This document shows, in pieces, positions 44,754 to 54,013 of a stretch of DNA of 64,000 nt. The translations under genes and the position numbers were made by a program. The notes under the pieces were generated by a model that was given only the letters and a program-made list of their open reading frames with translations, did not search any database and was not told where the DNA came from. This DNA comes from a phage, in assembly GCA_018175275.1 (NCBI GenBank), contig GCA_018175275.1_4531.1. One strand, 5' to 3'. The stretch's first letter is position 1. Every line of letters begins with the position of its first letter.

Positions 44754-45425
44754 CTATTTAATGTTCAGTCTGGCACACAAACGAGAAACAGTTTTAGCAT
44801 CCCATTTACCACCACGTGCTGTTGCTATTTTCTTACTATTGAATTTTTCAGCAATAGTTTTGTAAGGTGTATTTAAATCTCTAAGGATCTCCAAGCGTTC
44901 ACGGAATGTCTCTGCAAAAGCGTCTGCTTTAACAGAGTTGTATTCCATTTTTCCTTTTCTACGTGCAGCGGCAGTTTTAGGATTAGCACTGCCTAATAAA
45001 ACACCTTTGCTTTTTGCTACAGCAAGCCCCTTTTTAATACGATCAGCAATACCTCTAACTTCTTGTTCAGCCAGAACAGACAGAAGCTGTATAACCATTT
45101 TATCTGCGTCTGGCATGATGGCTATCTTAACATCAATCATTTCTAGAAGAGTTGCTACGGAGGCGTTGTTACGACCCAAGCGGTCAACTTTAGCTACCAA
45201 TAAAGTTGCTCCGGTAGCTTTACACATTTCAACCGCTTTAACCAGTTCCTTACGTTGCTTCCAATCGCCCTTACCCGAATAGTATTCAGAAAATTGACCA
45301 ATAACTTCCGCATCAGGCACAGAGTCTAAGAAGTAACGGATATCATTCTCTTGGCTCTCCATACCATATTGTGCCTCACCTTTTTTCTGTTTAGAAAGAC
45401 GACTGTAAACAACAAACTTTTTCAT
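44754..45425 (-). CDS. serine recombinase (resolvase/invertase family)
   Basis: VYSRLSKQKKGEAQ (catalytic Ser region), VDRLGRN, LAEQEVRGIADRIKKG; C-terminal HTH-like tail; AGGAG upstream. Confidence 0.75.
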   Translation of the reverse strand: MKKFVVYSRLSKQKKGEAQYGMESQENDIRYFLDSVPDAEVIGQFSEYYSGKGDWKQRKELVKAVEMCKATGATLLVAKVDRLGRNNASVATLLEMIDVKIAIMPDADKMVIQLLSVLAEQEVRGIADRIKKGLAVAKSKGVLLGSANPKTAAARRKGKMEYNSVKADAFAETFRERLEILRDLNTPYKTIAEKFNSKKIATARGGKWDAKTVSRLCARLNIK

Positions 45426-45454
45426 AACCACTCCTAAACCATTGCTGTATTCTC

Positions 45455-45484
45455 ACTTTACAAAACGAATAAACACTTGTCAAG
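45455..45484 (-). promoter_or_regulatory. sigma70-type promoter for recombinase gene
   Basis: Minus strand TTGACA-18 bp-TAAAGT, no downstream stem-loop. Confidence 0.45.
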
Positions 45485-45495
45485 GTATTTATTAT

Positions 45496-45708
45496 TTACA
45501 GCCATTCTACTCTTAAGCAGTATTCCTCGACATGTTGTTTACGCTTGTTTTTGTCTATGTAAGTGTATTCAACAAATGTCCCAAGATAGTCCTTGTCTAC
45601 ATTGTGTGGGCTATTGATTGGACATTTAGTACGACAAACCCGTTGCCACTGACGAAGAATTACGGCTTTGTTTTTAGGATCAAAGGGATGAGGGTAATGT
45701 ACCTTCAT
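45496..45708 (-). CDS. hypothetical protein
   Basis: 70-aa ORF; AGGAGGCG upstream. Confidence 0.55.
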   Translation of the reverse strand: MKVHYPHPFDPKNKAVILRQWQRVCRTKCPINSPHNVDKDYLGTFVEYTYIDKNKRKQHVEEYCLRVEWL

Positions 45709-46032
45709 TCACGCCTCCTGTTTTAGTCGAAAAATATTTTGAATAACTAGAGATGTATAGTTATCACTTAGTCCCATAAGTTCTACTTCCAAGTTTCGAA
45801 TATCTTCCACCGTAGGAGGATATGTTGGTAAAAATGCTTGAGCATTGCCAGATCCAACCTCATTGCTGTAAGCAGTTGTAAAATTGTAAGATACAAAACA
45901 TGAAACACCTTTTTGTCGGTACCCGATTAATCGACGAATACACCAGATAAGAGCCAAACCTATGAGAACACCTCCTAAACCAGCTAACAAGAAGGATAAG
46001 TTCATAATAGCTTCGTTAACAACTGCTTGCAT
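45709..46032 (-). CDS. membrane protein
   Basis: 107 aa with TM-like LSFLLAGLGGVLIGLALIWCI; AAGGAGAAA upstream. Confidence 0.6.
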   Translation of the reverse strand: MQAVVNEAIMNLSFLLAGLGGVLIGLALIWCIRRLIGYRQKGVSCFVSYNFTTAYSNEVGSGNAQAFLPTYPPTVEDIRNLEVELMGLSDNYTSLVIQNIFRLKQEA

Positions 46033-46042
46033 TCTTTTCTCC

Positions 46043-46342
46043 TTAGTTGTGTAAACCCAAATGTGCTACAACTTCTCTACGATAAGATAACTGCATAGCG
46101 ATTTTATAGCCAGGATGAAAACCATTTACATCAATGTCATCAAACCAAACCTCAAATGAACCGTGTTTAAGAGTCATTAAGTTAATATACCATTCAATAG
46201 TATAATGATCGTTAGCAATACCTTCGATGTAAAATTCTCGACAACAGTGAGATAAATCTTCACTTGTTTCACGTTTCCAGTCTTTGATAGCACCCTTCTC
46301 TTTGGCTTTATTCAGAATGTGGATCAGGTCTTCAACTTGCAT
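46043..46342 (-). CDS. hypothetical protein
   Basis: Internal ATG of track ORF 46043..46390 with AAGGAGAG upstream. Confidence 0.55.
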   Translation of the reverse strand: MQVEDLIHILNKAKEKGAIKDWKRETSEDLSHCCREFYIEGIANDHYTIEWYINLMTLKHGSFEVWFDDIDVNGFHPGYKIAMQLSYRREVVAHLGLHN

Positions 46343-46352
46343 ATTCTCTCCT

Positions 46353-46907
46353 TTAGTTCCAACTAATAATAATGTGTTTGATAATCCCAAAAATACTGTG
46401 CTCTGCGGTTGCCAATGTTACATCCAAACCTTTTGCACGTAGCATTGTAGCTACAACATTTGCCCCTCTTTTCTGTTCACTTATCTGTTCATAAGAAGAA
46501 GGGTTATTGCACAAACCAAAACTGGAAGGTTCAAAGTATTTTTCAAACTTCCCTTGTTCCGCACAATCTTCAATCTCTAATAGAACGGCGTCTACCATTT
46601 CAGTAAAATGGGAATTTGCTTGCAGTGCTTTATTACGCAGTTTATCACGTAAACTTCCCGTAGATTCTTCCTGCTCTTCTGTCTGTCCATCTTCACAGAA
46701 AGGATGAAGTTCAGCCCAGTCCCAAGCATCTCCTTCTAAAGCAAATGGAGTGTTGTAATTGAAGAAAGTGCAGCGCGGATATTCCCCGTTGAAAGAATCT
46801 TTCAGCAGAATATATTTCTTACCGTTTGCATGGAAGAGTTCTCCTTTGATAACCTTACCTACAAGGATATCACTGTTAGTGGAACGGGTGCAAATAAATT
46901 TTTTCAT
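46353..46907 (-). CDS. hypothetical protein
   Basis: 184-aa ORF; AGAGGAGAAA upstream. Confidence 0.6.
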   Translation of the reverse strand: MKKFICTRSTNSDILVGKVIKGELFHANGKKYILLKDSFNGEYPRCTFFNYNTPFALEGDAWDWAELHPFCEDGQTEEQEESTGSLRDKLRNKALQANSHFTEMVDAVLLEIEDCAEQGKFEKYFEPSSFGLCNNPSSYEQISEQKRGANVVATMLRAKGLDVTLATAEHSIFGIIKHIIISWN

Positions 46908-46969
46908 GATTTTCTCCTCTTTGTTTCGATGAGATGATTATGACAAAGACAGATCCTTCTGTCAACTAT

Positions 46970-47191
46970 TTATTTCCATTCCCCTTGGTGTTCTTTGATC
47001 TCATAAGAGTAGTATTCGAACATGCTCATACAAACCACACCAGACATTTCTAAACAAAGAGGTTTACTATTATAAAAGGCACTTATCATTCTTCCAGCTT
47101 TATCTGCTGACTCTTTAGTATCACATCCACAAACTGTTCTCACCCAAGGATCAGGGCCATCATATTTAAGACGCACAATCCACATGATCAT
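46970..47191 (-). CDS. hypothetical protein
   Basis: 73-aa ORF; ATGA overlap. Confidence 0.5.
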   Translation of the reverse strand: MIMWIVRLKYDGPDPWVRTVCGCDTKESADKAGRMISAFYNSKPLCLEMSGVVCMSMFEYYSYEIKEHQGEWK

Positions 47192-47415
47192 TCTTCCATC
47201 TCAAACCATTCAGGGAACACTTTGCGGAAGACCCGCGTGTTTTCTAAGAGAAATTCCAACTCTTTTTCCAAATCTGCGTTCCAACCGTTTATTTTAACAC
47301 GGATTGCCAATGCACTTGCACGGCGACTCAATTCTTGACAGATTGGATCACGCAGAACTATTGAGTCATAAAACTGACAAACAGCCTCAAGTTCATACCA
47401 GTTATAATCCGACAT
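47188..47415 (-). CDS. hypothetical protein
   Basis: 75-aa ORF; AGGAGGATG upstream. Confidence 0.55.
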   Translation of the reverse strand: MSDYNWYELEAVCQFYDSIVLRDPICQELSRRASALAIRVKINGWNADLEKELEFLLENTRVFRKVFPEWFEMEE

Positions 47416-47741
47416 TATTCATCCTCCTCTGCAATACGATCTCTTACCCAATTAATCCTGTCCACGTTCAGGTGACATACCTCTGCATCTGATTCTAAGA
47501 CATATGCATCGTAGTTCTCATTGAAAGGGAGTGCTTGACTCAACCCTTTGTGGTAAAACTGTGCGTGCATTTCATCTGACAAGGTTGTTATAAGGGGATT
47601 GTAATTACCTCTGTGCACATAATCGAACAAGTTGGCACACAAACCACAATCCCGCCGAAAAGGTTTACCATCAGGAGCACCAACATCAATCCATGCTAGA
47701 TAAATTTTATAAAACTCCATCAACCTTGTGCTTGTTTTCAT
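47415..47741 (-). CDS. paralog family A protein
   Basis: YLAWI, GLCANL, PFN, RINWVRDRI; GAGGTGG upstream. Confidence 0.6.
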   Translation of the reverse strand: MKTSTRLMEFYKIYLAWIDVGAPDGKPFRRDCGLCANLFDYVHRGNYNPLITTLSDEMHAQFYHKGLSQALPFNENYDAYVLESDAEVCHLNVDRINWVRDRIAEEDE

Positions 47742-47979
47742 TTAGCCACCTCGTTAGTTTTTCTTGCTCTTTGTTTGCGCGTTCTAAGCTTCTGAACTTT
47801 AAACAGAGGGAACGAGAATCCCTACCCATGCACAAGCTTTCATCTAAGCTGTGCTCCCCAACCAACCAAAGAGAGTATGTTTGAACATCTAACCCATAGT
47901 TTCTGTCTTTCCATAATCTCACCCCAAGAACATCAAAAGGAGCTTCCGCGACTAAAGAAAGAAACCGATCTTTATTCAT
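47707..47979 (-). CDS. hypothetical protein
   Basis: 90-aa ORF; AAGGTGGTG upstream. Confidence 0.5.
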   Translation of the reverse strand: MNKDRFLSLVAEAPFDVLGVRLWKDRNYGLDVQTYSLWLVGEHSLDESLCMGRDSRSLCLKFRSLERANKEQEKLTRWLNENKHKVDGVL

Positions 47980-48041
47980 ATTACACCACCTTGCTCACGT
48001 TGATAATGTATGTATACCATACATAAAATAAATGTCAAGGC

Positions 48042-48242
48042 TTATCGACACAGATAGTTGTAACGATCTGCTTTATCCTCGGCTTCAGCAAAGTCAGCAA
48101 TCAAGGAAGTTTTGAGTTCTTCCAACTCTTTCACCCAAGAGTCGTAATCGTTCTGTGTTTCTCCAATAGTTTGGAGAAAACAATCGTCGTAGCCAATAGA
48201 CATGGCTAACTCGATAATACGTTCCAGTTTTTCTTCCATCAC
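48042..48242 (-). CDS. hypothetical acidic protein
   Basis: 66-aa ORF; start overlaps upstream stop. Confidence 0.5.
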   Translation of the reverse strand: MMEEKLERIIELAMSIGYDDCFLQTIGETQNDYDSWVKELEELKTSLIADFAEAEDKADRYNYLCR

Positions 48243-48601
48243 TTCTCTCCTTCTACAGACTTCTGTTTAACATAAAAGTAAGCACCACGAGCAAGATACA
48301 AATCATGTTCAATATCGCTCACAGGAAAACCATCTGGATTTTTAAAACCGTCTTCTACAGCCAAAATGAGAGATCGTAAACTGATAGCTAACAACTCCAT
48401 TTGATCTTGTAGTTTTCTATTTTCTGCATAAAGGTTTTTGCATTTTTGTTCTGCATTTTTCCATTGTTCTAATGCATGATCATAGTTTCGCATAAGGATA
48501 GCTTTTTCTTGTTCACGTTTAAAAGTTTCTTCACAAATGAAACCCGTGCCTAAACCAGTTTCTTCATCTTTGACAAACACTTCAACAAAATCTTTAGACA
48601 T
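48239..48601 (-). CDS. hypothetical coiled-coil protein
   Basis: Internal ATG of track ORF 48239..48733 with TAGGAGAT upstream. Confidence 0.5.
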   Translation of the reverse strand: MSKDFVEVFVKDEETGLGTGFICEETFKREQEKAILMRNYDHALEQWKNAEQKCKNLYAENRKLQDQMELLAISLRSLILAVEDGFKNPDGFPVSDIEHDLYLARGAYFYVKQKSVEGEK

Positions 48602-48602
48602 A

Positions 48603-48866
48603 TTATCTCCTATTTGCTTTTGGATACTCCCAACCCTCTGGGAGATCTTCTTTACACATCCACTCAAAAGGCCAGCGACAATAACTGTGCCACTTTCCAT
48701 CGAGATACAAGCAATCTTCATCCACTGGTCCACAAGGGTTGATAACTACAACACACCCTTTTGCTCGCCAATATTGAACTATTTCAGGGTAAAAACAAGA
48801 AACGTCGGTCCACTCCCAAATACGTTCATCATTCAAACGGTATGCTGCTGGCAATGTCTCTTTCAT
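48603..48866 (-). CDS. hypothetical Cys/Trp-rich protein
   Basis: 87-aa ORF; AGAGGT upstream. Confidence 0.5.
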   Translation of the reverse strand: MKETLPAAYRLNDERIWEWTDVSCFYPEIVQYWRAKGCVVVINPCGPVDEDCLYLDGKWHSYCRWPFEWMCKEDLPEGWEYPKANRR

Positions 48867-48870
48867 ATTA

Positions 48871-49317
48871 TTAAACCTCTGTCAAAGAGAAACGCCAATC
48901 CTTACTACTACCTACACCAAGGAAGATATAGTCTCCGGTACTAACGGAATATCTCCAAGCGGGAATCCAATCAGGAATCTCTGGCTTATGGCTGTAGCCA
49001 TAACGCTCGCCACTCGAATCTGTTGCAATATAATTAACAAATTCAGGAACCTCTAAAGTTTCACCTTGATACTCTACACGCTTGAAGCCATCTTCCACTT
49101 CTTTCTCACCTTCTACCAGAAGGGCAAGAAGTTTGATGTGAGGGCAAGTGAAATCTTGTCCTGGATAACGTGAACGGATATCTGTTAACAATGCGACTAC
49201 AGCATCCGATAACTCTTTATAATCCTCATATCTTACAAATGTGCCTTCTGTCGGATCATCAGGACACAAACGCCAAACATCGTTGCAGTTTACAGCGTAA
49301 TGTCTCATTTTAGTCAT
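48871..49317 (-). CDS. hypothetical protein
   Basis: 148-aa ORF; GGGGGA upstream. Confidence 0.6.
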   Translation of the reverse strand: MTKMRHYAVNCNDVWRLCPDDPTEGTFVRYEDYKELSDAVVALLTDIRSRYPGQDFTCPHIKLLALLVEGEKEVEDGFKRVEYQGETLEVPEFVNYIATDSSGERYGYSHKPEIPDWIPAWRYSVSTGDYIFLGVGSSKDWRFSLTEV

Positions 49318-49326
49318 AAATCCCCC

Positions 49327-49725
49327 TTATCGTTGCGTACAATCAGCTTCTAGAGTAAGAACATTCGTTATTGTTTTATCATTTTTTAGAAATGCAAACC
49401 AAGCCAAAGTGTCTCGATACTCTGTGCGCATCATTACTACTTCAGTAGTGCCAATAAATTGTTGTGAACCGTACATAGCACTACCATCTTTACTTTTTTC
49501 TCCTGTGTATTGCAGAATGCCACTCATCAAAGCACCACCTGAATTTTTAAGGATAAAGGAGTTATCTTTATTAATGACAACAGAAGCCATTTTCTTAGGA
49601 CCAGAAATCACTTCACCTTTCAGATTTTTAACAACCACATCTGACACACACTCATAAACTTGAGACGCATTTGCTGTTCCAAGTGATGCAACGAGTAGCA
49701 ATAAACCTACAATGATCTTTTTCAT
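49327..49725 (-). CDS. secreted/periplasmic protein
   Basis: Signal-peptide-like MKKIIVGLLLLVASLGTANA; AGAGGAGAG upstream. Confidence 0.6.
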   Translation of the reverse strand: MKKIIVGLLLLVASLGTANASQVYECVSDVVVKNLKGEVISGPKKMASVVINKDNSFILKNSGGALMSGILQYTGEKSKDGSAMYGSQQFIGTTEVVMMRTEYRDTLAWFAFLKNDKTITNVLTLEADCTQR

Positions 49726-49739
49726 ATAAACTCTCCTCT

Positions 49740-49820
49740 TTATTTACCCGACGCGCCCCTGTTGGGCAGAAAGGGTTGTACGCAAAATTTTTAGCTCCAA
49801 TCGTCGGGTGTCCCGACTCC
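49740..49820 (-). other. structured intergenic element (nested inverted repeats)
   Basis: CCCGACG...CGTCGGG long-range pair enclosing GCCCC-TGTT-GGGC and GTCGGG-TGT-CCCGAC hairpins. Confidence 0.3.
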
Positions 49821-50027
49821 TTACGCTTTTAATGTTTTAATAGAATGACAAGCTTTGCAAACCATAACCGGAACAAGTTCGTCTCCACTATCCGCATAAA
49901 TCACTGTTTTCTTCATCCTGCCACCACATGAACAATACTCCGTATGATCTGCTGGAATATTAAATATTCCGTAATCACTTTCATACTGTTTCTTACATAT
50001 GGACACTGCTTTTGTAAAACAAGACAT
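49821..50027 (-). CDS. small zinc-finger protein
   Basis: CSCGG...CKACH; 68 aa. Confidence 0.5.
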   Translation of the reverse strand: MSCFTKAVSICKKQYESDYGIFNIPADHTEYCSCGGRMKKTVIYADSGDELVPVMVCKACHSIKTLKA

Positions 50028-50029
50028 AC

Positions 50030-50251
50030 CTACTCCGAAAGAACATTCACTTCATCAGAGAAAAATACGTAATCACAACCTTCCCAAACATCTTCTTCAA
50101 ACCACTCCCATCCCTCAACTTTGGACATTTCTTCTATCGTAACAAAGAATGTTGTCATGTCATCGCTAACAAGATGTGCTTCAACAACAAAAGGAATCTG
50201 AACATTCTCAAAACCAACATAACCCAATACATCACAAACTCTAATTTTCAT
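50030..50251 (-). CDS. hypothetical protein (paralog of 53581..53802)
   Basis: Shares W-x-W...EG-DYVFF segment with 53581..53811; AGGAG upstream. Confidence 0.55.
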   Translation of the reverse strand: MKIRVCDVLGYVGFENVQIPFVVEAHLVSDDMTTFFVTIEEMSKVEGWEWFEEDVWEGCDYVFFSDEVNVLSE

Positions 50252-50252
50252 A

Positions 50253-50441
50253 TTATGCTCCTTTGTAGATTATGTTGGTGCGTTCACACTCTGCCACCAG
50301 CAAGCGATTAGCGATGTTGTCCATAGGAACATCAATCTCTACGCTCCAGGCATTGATATACACTTCTTCAATCTTTGCTCCAAGCGTTTGTGCGATCAGG
50401 GCAACAGCCCCAGCATATTCAAGTTTAATCTCTATTACCAT
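50253..50441 (-). CDS. hypothetical protein
   Basis: Internal ATG of track ORF 50253..50453 with GGTG upstream. Confidence 0.45.
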   Translation of the reverse strand: MVIEIKLEYAGAVALIAQTLGAKIEEVYINAWSVEIDVPMDNIANRLLVAECERTNIIYKGA

Positions 50442-50455
50442 TTTGCACCTCAAGG

Positions 50456-50656
50456 TTATTTATCTTGCTTGTATCTTACAAGGCGATCACACTCCAGGTC
50501 AAGAAATTTCTCCGCATTTCGTTCATGTTTGAGCACAATACATTGTTCTTTCCAGTCTGTAGCTCTTTGCTGCGCTGCTCCTGGGTCAAAATCCCAAAGC
50601 CATGCCGCGAAAAGAACAACCATAACAATTACCAAGAAACTAAACACTATTGGCAT
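50456..50656 (-). CDS. small membrane protein
   Basis: Internal ATG of track ORF 50456..50692 with AGGAGGATG upstream; TM segment IVFSFLVIVMVVLFAAWLW. Confidence 0.5.
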   Translation of the reverse strand: MPIVFSFLVIVMVVLFAAWLWDFDPGAAQQRATDWKEQCIVLKHERNAEKFLDLECDRLVRYKQDK

Positions 50657-50961
50657 TGCACATCCTCCTGTGTAGCATGATCTTTTACCCATTTTATACG
50701 GGCAGCATTCAAATGTAGCAGCCCGTTTCTTTGTGCAAAATCATATTTAAACCAATCCCCATCATCAAACGGGTATTCTTCAGACAAACCTGCTTCGCGG
50801 AATTGCATTTGCATTTCATAATTTAGGTCATCATAACCACCAGACCAAAGATAGAGGCAACTACATAATCCTTTATCATGCCAGAAAGGATTATTATCTG
50901 GAGCACCAGCTAACAGCCAGTTATGATATGCCTGATAAAATTCTTTAAGTTCCTCTGACAT
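50647..50961 (-). CDS. paralog family A protein
   Basis: YHNWLLAG, GLCSCL, PFD, RIKWVKD; AGGAGGT upstream. Confidence 0.6.
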   Translation of the reverse strand: MSEELKEFYQAYHNWLLAGAPDNNPFWHDKGLCSCLYLWSGGYDDLNYEMQMQFREAGLSEEYPFDDGDWFKYDFAQRNGLLHLNAARIKWVKDHATQEDVQCQ

Positions 50962-50962
50962 T

Positions 50963-51139
50963 TAACCTCCTGTATACAGTGTTGAAAGATACGCAGCAAA
51001 AGCATTCTCGGCTGTTTTCACCTCCTCTTCAAGATCTTCACGCTCTGCTGGCGTTAATGCATTCCGCACAGCAGCGTCTGCTTCTCGGATTTTTCTTACT
51101 AAACGTGAAACATCTTTCAGTTGTTGAAAAGTAGCCATA
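50963..51139 (-). CDS. small protein (about 58 aa)
   Basis: Not in track; AGGAG 7 nt upstream of ATG. Confidence 0.35.
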
Positions 51140-51174
51140 ATCTTTCTCCTAGAATCTTTGTGATTTCACTTTTT

Positions 51175-51393
51175 TCAATTAGTCTGATTTTCATATCGTA
51201 CTTCCTTCAATGCGAGTAATGCATTCACCAGATTATCAACACCTTGATCATCCAGTGCAATAACATCAAAGTTAAACCCTGTATCAGTTGGGACTTTACG
51301 TTTTATGGTGTAATAGTCTCCTTCATGACGTTCAACATACGCGTATGGGTAACTGCTGTTTGGATCATGTTTCACGCGAATAGATGTTTTCAT
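51175..51393 (-). CDS. hypothetical protein
   Basis: 72-aa ORF; AGAGGAGAA upstream. Confidence 0.55.
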   Translation of the reverse strand: MKTSIRVKHDPNSSYPYAYVERHEGDYYTIKRKVPTDTGFNFDVIALDDQGVDNLVNALLALKEVRYENQTN

Positions 51394-51408
51394 GTTTTGT
51401 TCTCCTCT

Positions 51409-51645
51409 TTAGTCAAACCAGTCGTATTCAGAAGGGTAACGAGCGTAGTTTGGCTTGTACCCCAGCCTTTCCATCTTAACAGACATACGAGTGAAGCCAA
51501 AGGTTGTTTTGCCCTTAGACATAAACTTCTTCCCACTCTTCATTGGCTTCTTAGGGTCTTTGATCGTCTGGTGTAACGCTCGCGCAAGCCACAAAGTGTA
51601 TGCGCTCGGCACTTGATTAACTTTCATCTTGTTACCTTTCATCAT
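51409..51645 (-). CDS. hypothetical basic protein
   Basis: Internal ATG of track ORF 51409..51660 with GAGGTGA upstream; Lys-rich. Confidence 0.5.
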   Translation of the reverse strand: MMKGNKMKVNQVPSAYTLWLARALHQTIKDPKKPMKSGKKFMSKGKTTFGFTRMSVKMERLGYKPNYARYPSEYDWFD

Positions 51646-51941
51646 TTCACCTCGGACCAATCAATAGTGATCCACTCGTATGCCCCGTTCAGATCCATTT
51701 CTTTATAAACAATAAGCCCACGCTCACGAAGAATTGCTACTGCTTCATCCATCCACTTCACCTGATTGTAGATCGCCCCTGGGTGGGTAGGGGAATTATC
51801 CAGACCAAAATCAGATGGTGTGAAATTTCTTGAAGAATTCCCCGCTCGTGCTTCAGCAAAACATGTCTCGATCACTTCTTCAACAGGGAAGTTGAAGGAA
51901 GCTTCTTTTGCAATACGGCGTAACTGTTCGGTCAGATTCAT
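51642..51941 (-). CDS. hypothetical protein
   Basis: 99-aa ORF; AAGGAGAA upstream. Confidence 0.55.
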   Translation of the reverse strand: MNLTEQLRRIAKEASFNFPVEEVIETCFAEARAGNSSRNFTPSDFGLDNSPTHPGAIYNQVKWMDEAVAILRERGLIVYKEMDLNGAYEWITIDWSEVK

Positions 51942-51968
51942 CTTATTCTCCTTTCGTTGTGCGAAACA

Positions 51969-52406
51969 TTATAACAGATCTAATGCTTTCAATTCTTCTT
52001 TCAATGATTCAGGCAGGTCACATTCAATGTCAATCAGAGATAACAAGTGACCAACAATGCCTTCCAGATGTTGATACTCACTATAACTTATAAATTCAGA
52101 ATTGTAAACAGAAACATCCTTAGTTTCTTTCACAACTTCCCCCGCAGACACGCACATAAAAAAGTTACGCTCTCCGCGAGCTAACAATATCTCCCAACTC
52201 CTGAACGGATACTGTCCAGCTTCAATAATATCCCCGCTGTCCAATAAAGTCAATGAGCAAACAGACCCTGATTCACTAACATCTTCGACGCGGAAACAAG
52301 ACCCTTCAATCAAAGCTGCCATTTTGAAATTTTCATCAGAGATCATAGAGAAAGCTTCACGGGCAGCTTTAGTTTTGAAACAGTAAACAGCATTAACTTT
52401 AAACAT
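51969..52406 (-). CDS. hypothetical protein
   Basis: Internal ATG of track ORF 51969..52472 with GGGGGA upstream. Confidence 0.5.
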   Translation of the reverse strand: MFKVNAVYCFKTKAAREAFSMISDENFKMAALIEGSCFRVEDVSESGSVCSLTLLDSGDIIEAGQYPFRSWEILLARGERNFFMCVSAGEVVKETKDVSVYNSEFISYSEYQHLEGIVGHLLSLIDIECDLPESLKEELKALDLL

Positions 52407-52419
52407 AACATTCCCCCTT

Positions 52420-52878
52420 TTAAACAAAAGATACGCCGATGGTAGCAACAACCAAACGTTTATAAACTTCAACCTCTTCTGTAGGATTAGCCATTTTATG
52501 CTCTGCTGCTTCTTTCAAAGCTTCTTCATAACTTTCAAATCCAGAAATACAGGTGTCATCAGTCATTACAACATACCACTCTTCTTTTGTTGTATCAACA
52601 GGTTCTTCTTGGGGTTTTCCACGACCACCACGAACACCACCGTCAACAAAATAATCTATATGAGCAGAATTGATTATGTAACGATCCCCATCACCAGCAG
52701 TGATAATACCATCTCTCATACCTATTACAACCATTGACAAGATATTACCATTTGCATCAGTGCTCAACACCTCGAAAAAATTCTCTCCAATGATAGCCGC
52801 AATACTGTTATCAAAGGTAGAATATAGTCGCATATAATCCTCATCCTGGAAACGGTAGACATGACCTTCTTTAAACAT
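52420..52878 (-). CDS. hypothetical protein
   Basis: 152-aa ORF; AGGAGGAGAG upstream. Confidence 0.55.
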   Translation of the reverse strand: MFKEGHVYRFQDEDYMRLYSTFDNSIAAIIGENFFEVLSTDANGNILSMVVIGMRDGIITAGDGDRYIINSAHIDYFVDGGVRGGRGKPQEEPVDTTKEEWYVVMTDDTCISGFESYEEALKEAAEHKMANPTEEVEVYKRLVVATIGVSFV

Positions 52879-53332
52879 TGCTCTCTCCTCCTAGTTCATC
52901 ATACCATTTCAAAGCGTCTTTTGGAAGCATACCAAAATCTTCTTTCAGTTCTTTTTCAATCTCTTCTTGCATTTCCATCAGCATTTTCAGTTGGCGTATT
53001 TTCTTCCGTAACAAAGCTTCCCGTTCACTGTTGCTTGGTGTTACTTCGTTTGCTGTTACCATTACATATCCTGTCGGAGAGCAAGGAAGATAATCATCAA
53101 TATTTTCTAAAGCATAACGATAATTGGAGTCCAGGAAGTTTACATGCACTCGATCACATCCAAACAACGTGGCACGAAATACTTCATAACGAGTTTCAGA
53201 TAAGATATGTTGCACACAGACAATGCCTACATCATTTTGCACTGCACAGGTTACATTTAATAAACTTGAGTGTTCTTTGACATAATCTACAACACATTGC
53301 ACATGCGCTTCCAGTATAGATGGTTGTCTCAT
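52871..53332 (-). CDS. hypothetical protein
   Basis: 153-aa ORF; GGGGAGGT upstream. Confidence 0.55.
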   Translation of the reverse strand: MRQPSILEAHVQCVVDYVKEHSSLLNVTCAVQNDVGIVCVQHILSETRYEVFRATLFGCDRVHVNFLDSNYRYALENIDDYLPCSPTGYVMVTANEVTPSNSEREALLRKKIRQLKMLMEMQEEIEKELKEDFGMLPKDALKWYDELGGESNV

Positions 53333-53577
53333 TTTCTACCTCCCCATAATGCTAACATTTTATTGAAAATGGAAACGCGTCGTGCGCGAGATGCCATATC
53401 ATAATTCATTCTTTCCGTCTCTGCAAGAAATTGATCTACTGTAATCAACGCTTTTGTCTTCTCTTTCAGAGTTTGCATATTCATCCATTCACATTCAGAG
53501 TACCAATTATCGAAATACAAACTATCAAGAAGATCCATTGCTGCTTCATTTTGTTGTGGTGTGATCATTGCATACAA
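53329..53577 (-). CDS. hypothetical protein
   Basis: 82-aa ORF; start region with two ATGs. Confidence 0.5.
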   Translation of the reverse strand: MYAMITPQQNEAAMDLLDSLYFDNWYSECEWMNMQTLKEKTKALITVDQFLAETERMNYDMASRARRVSIFNKMLALWGGRK

Positions 53578-53580
53578 CCT

Positions 53581-53802
53581 TTAATAAACAATTGCATATT
53601 CGTGAGGAAAGAAAACATAATCTTCCCCTTCTCGTGCATCTATCTCGTCCCAAAACCATTCCTGCACTTCCATCATCTTCGAGAATCGCACATGAGCAAG
53701 CCCACTGTATTCCACCGTAGCTTCCAACACAAGTGGGAATTTTGCACGGGTAAGTCCTTTATAACCACCATCATTCTCAATACGAATTTTCATGCGTTTC
53801 AT
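53581..53802 (-). CDS. hypothetical protein (paralog of 50030..50251)
   Basis: Internal ATG of track ORF 53581..53811; shares EG-DYVFF segment. Confidence 0.5.
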   Translation of the reverse strand: MKRMKIRIENDGGYKGLTRAKFPLVLEATVEYSGLAHVRFSKMMEVQEWFWDEIDAREGEDYVFFPHEYAIVY

Positions 53803-53803
53803 G

Positions 53804-54013
53804 TTATGCATCCTTCAGACCCTTAATAAAGTAACGACCAACCGGATTCCCTCGGAAGTATTCGTTAATGAAATCGATAACACACGTTTCACTGCCTGTC
53901 ACAACGGACGGCTTAAAGTTTTGGAATTCTACAGCTACACGGCTGGCTTTAGCCAGTGCTTGCACACGTGTAGGATCAGTCAAGAACATTGTGACAGTTT
54001 TCAAATTCTTCAT
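53804..54013 (-). CDS. hypothetical protein
   Basis: 69-aa ORF; GAGGAGATG upstream. Confidence 0.55.
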   Translation of the reverse strand: MKNLKTVTMFLTDPTRVQALAKASRVAVEFQNFKPSVVTGSETCVIDFINEYFRGNPVGRYFIKGLKDA

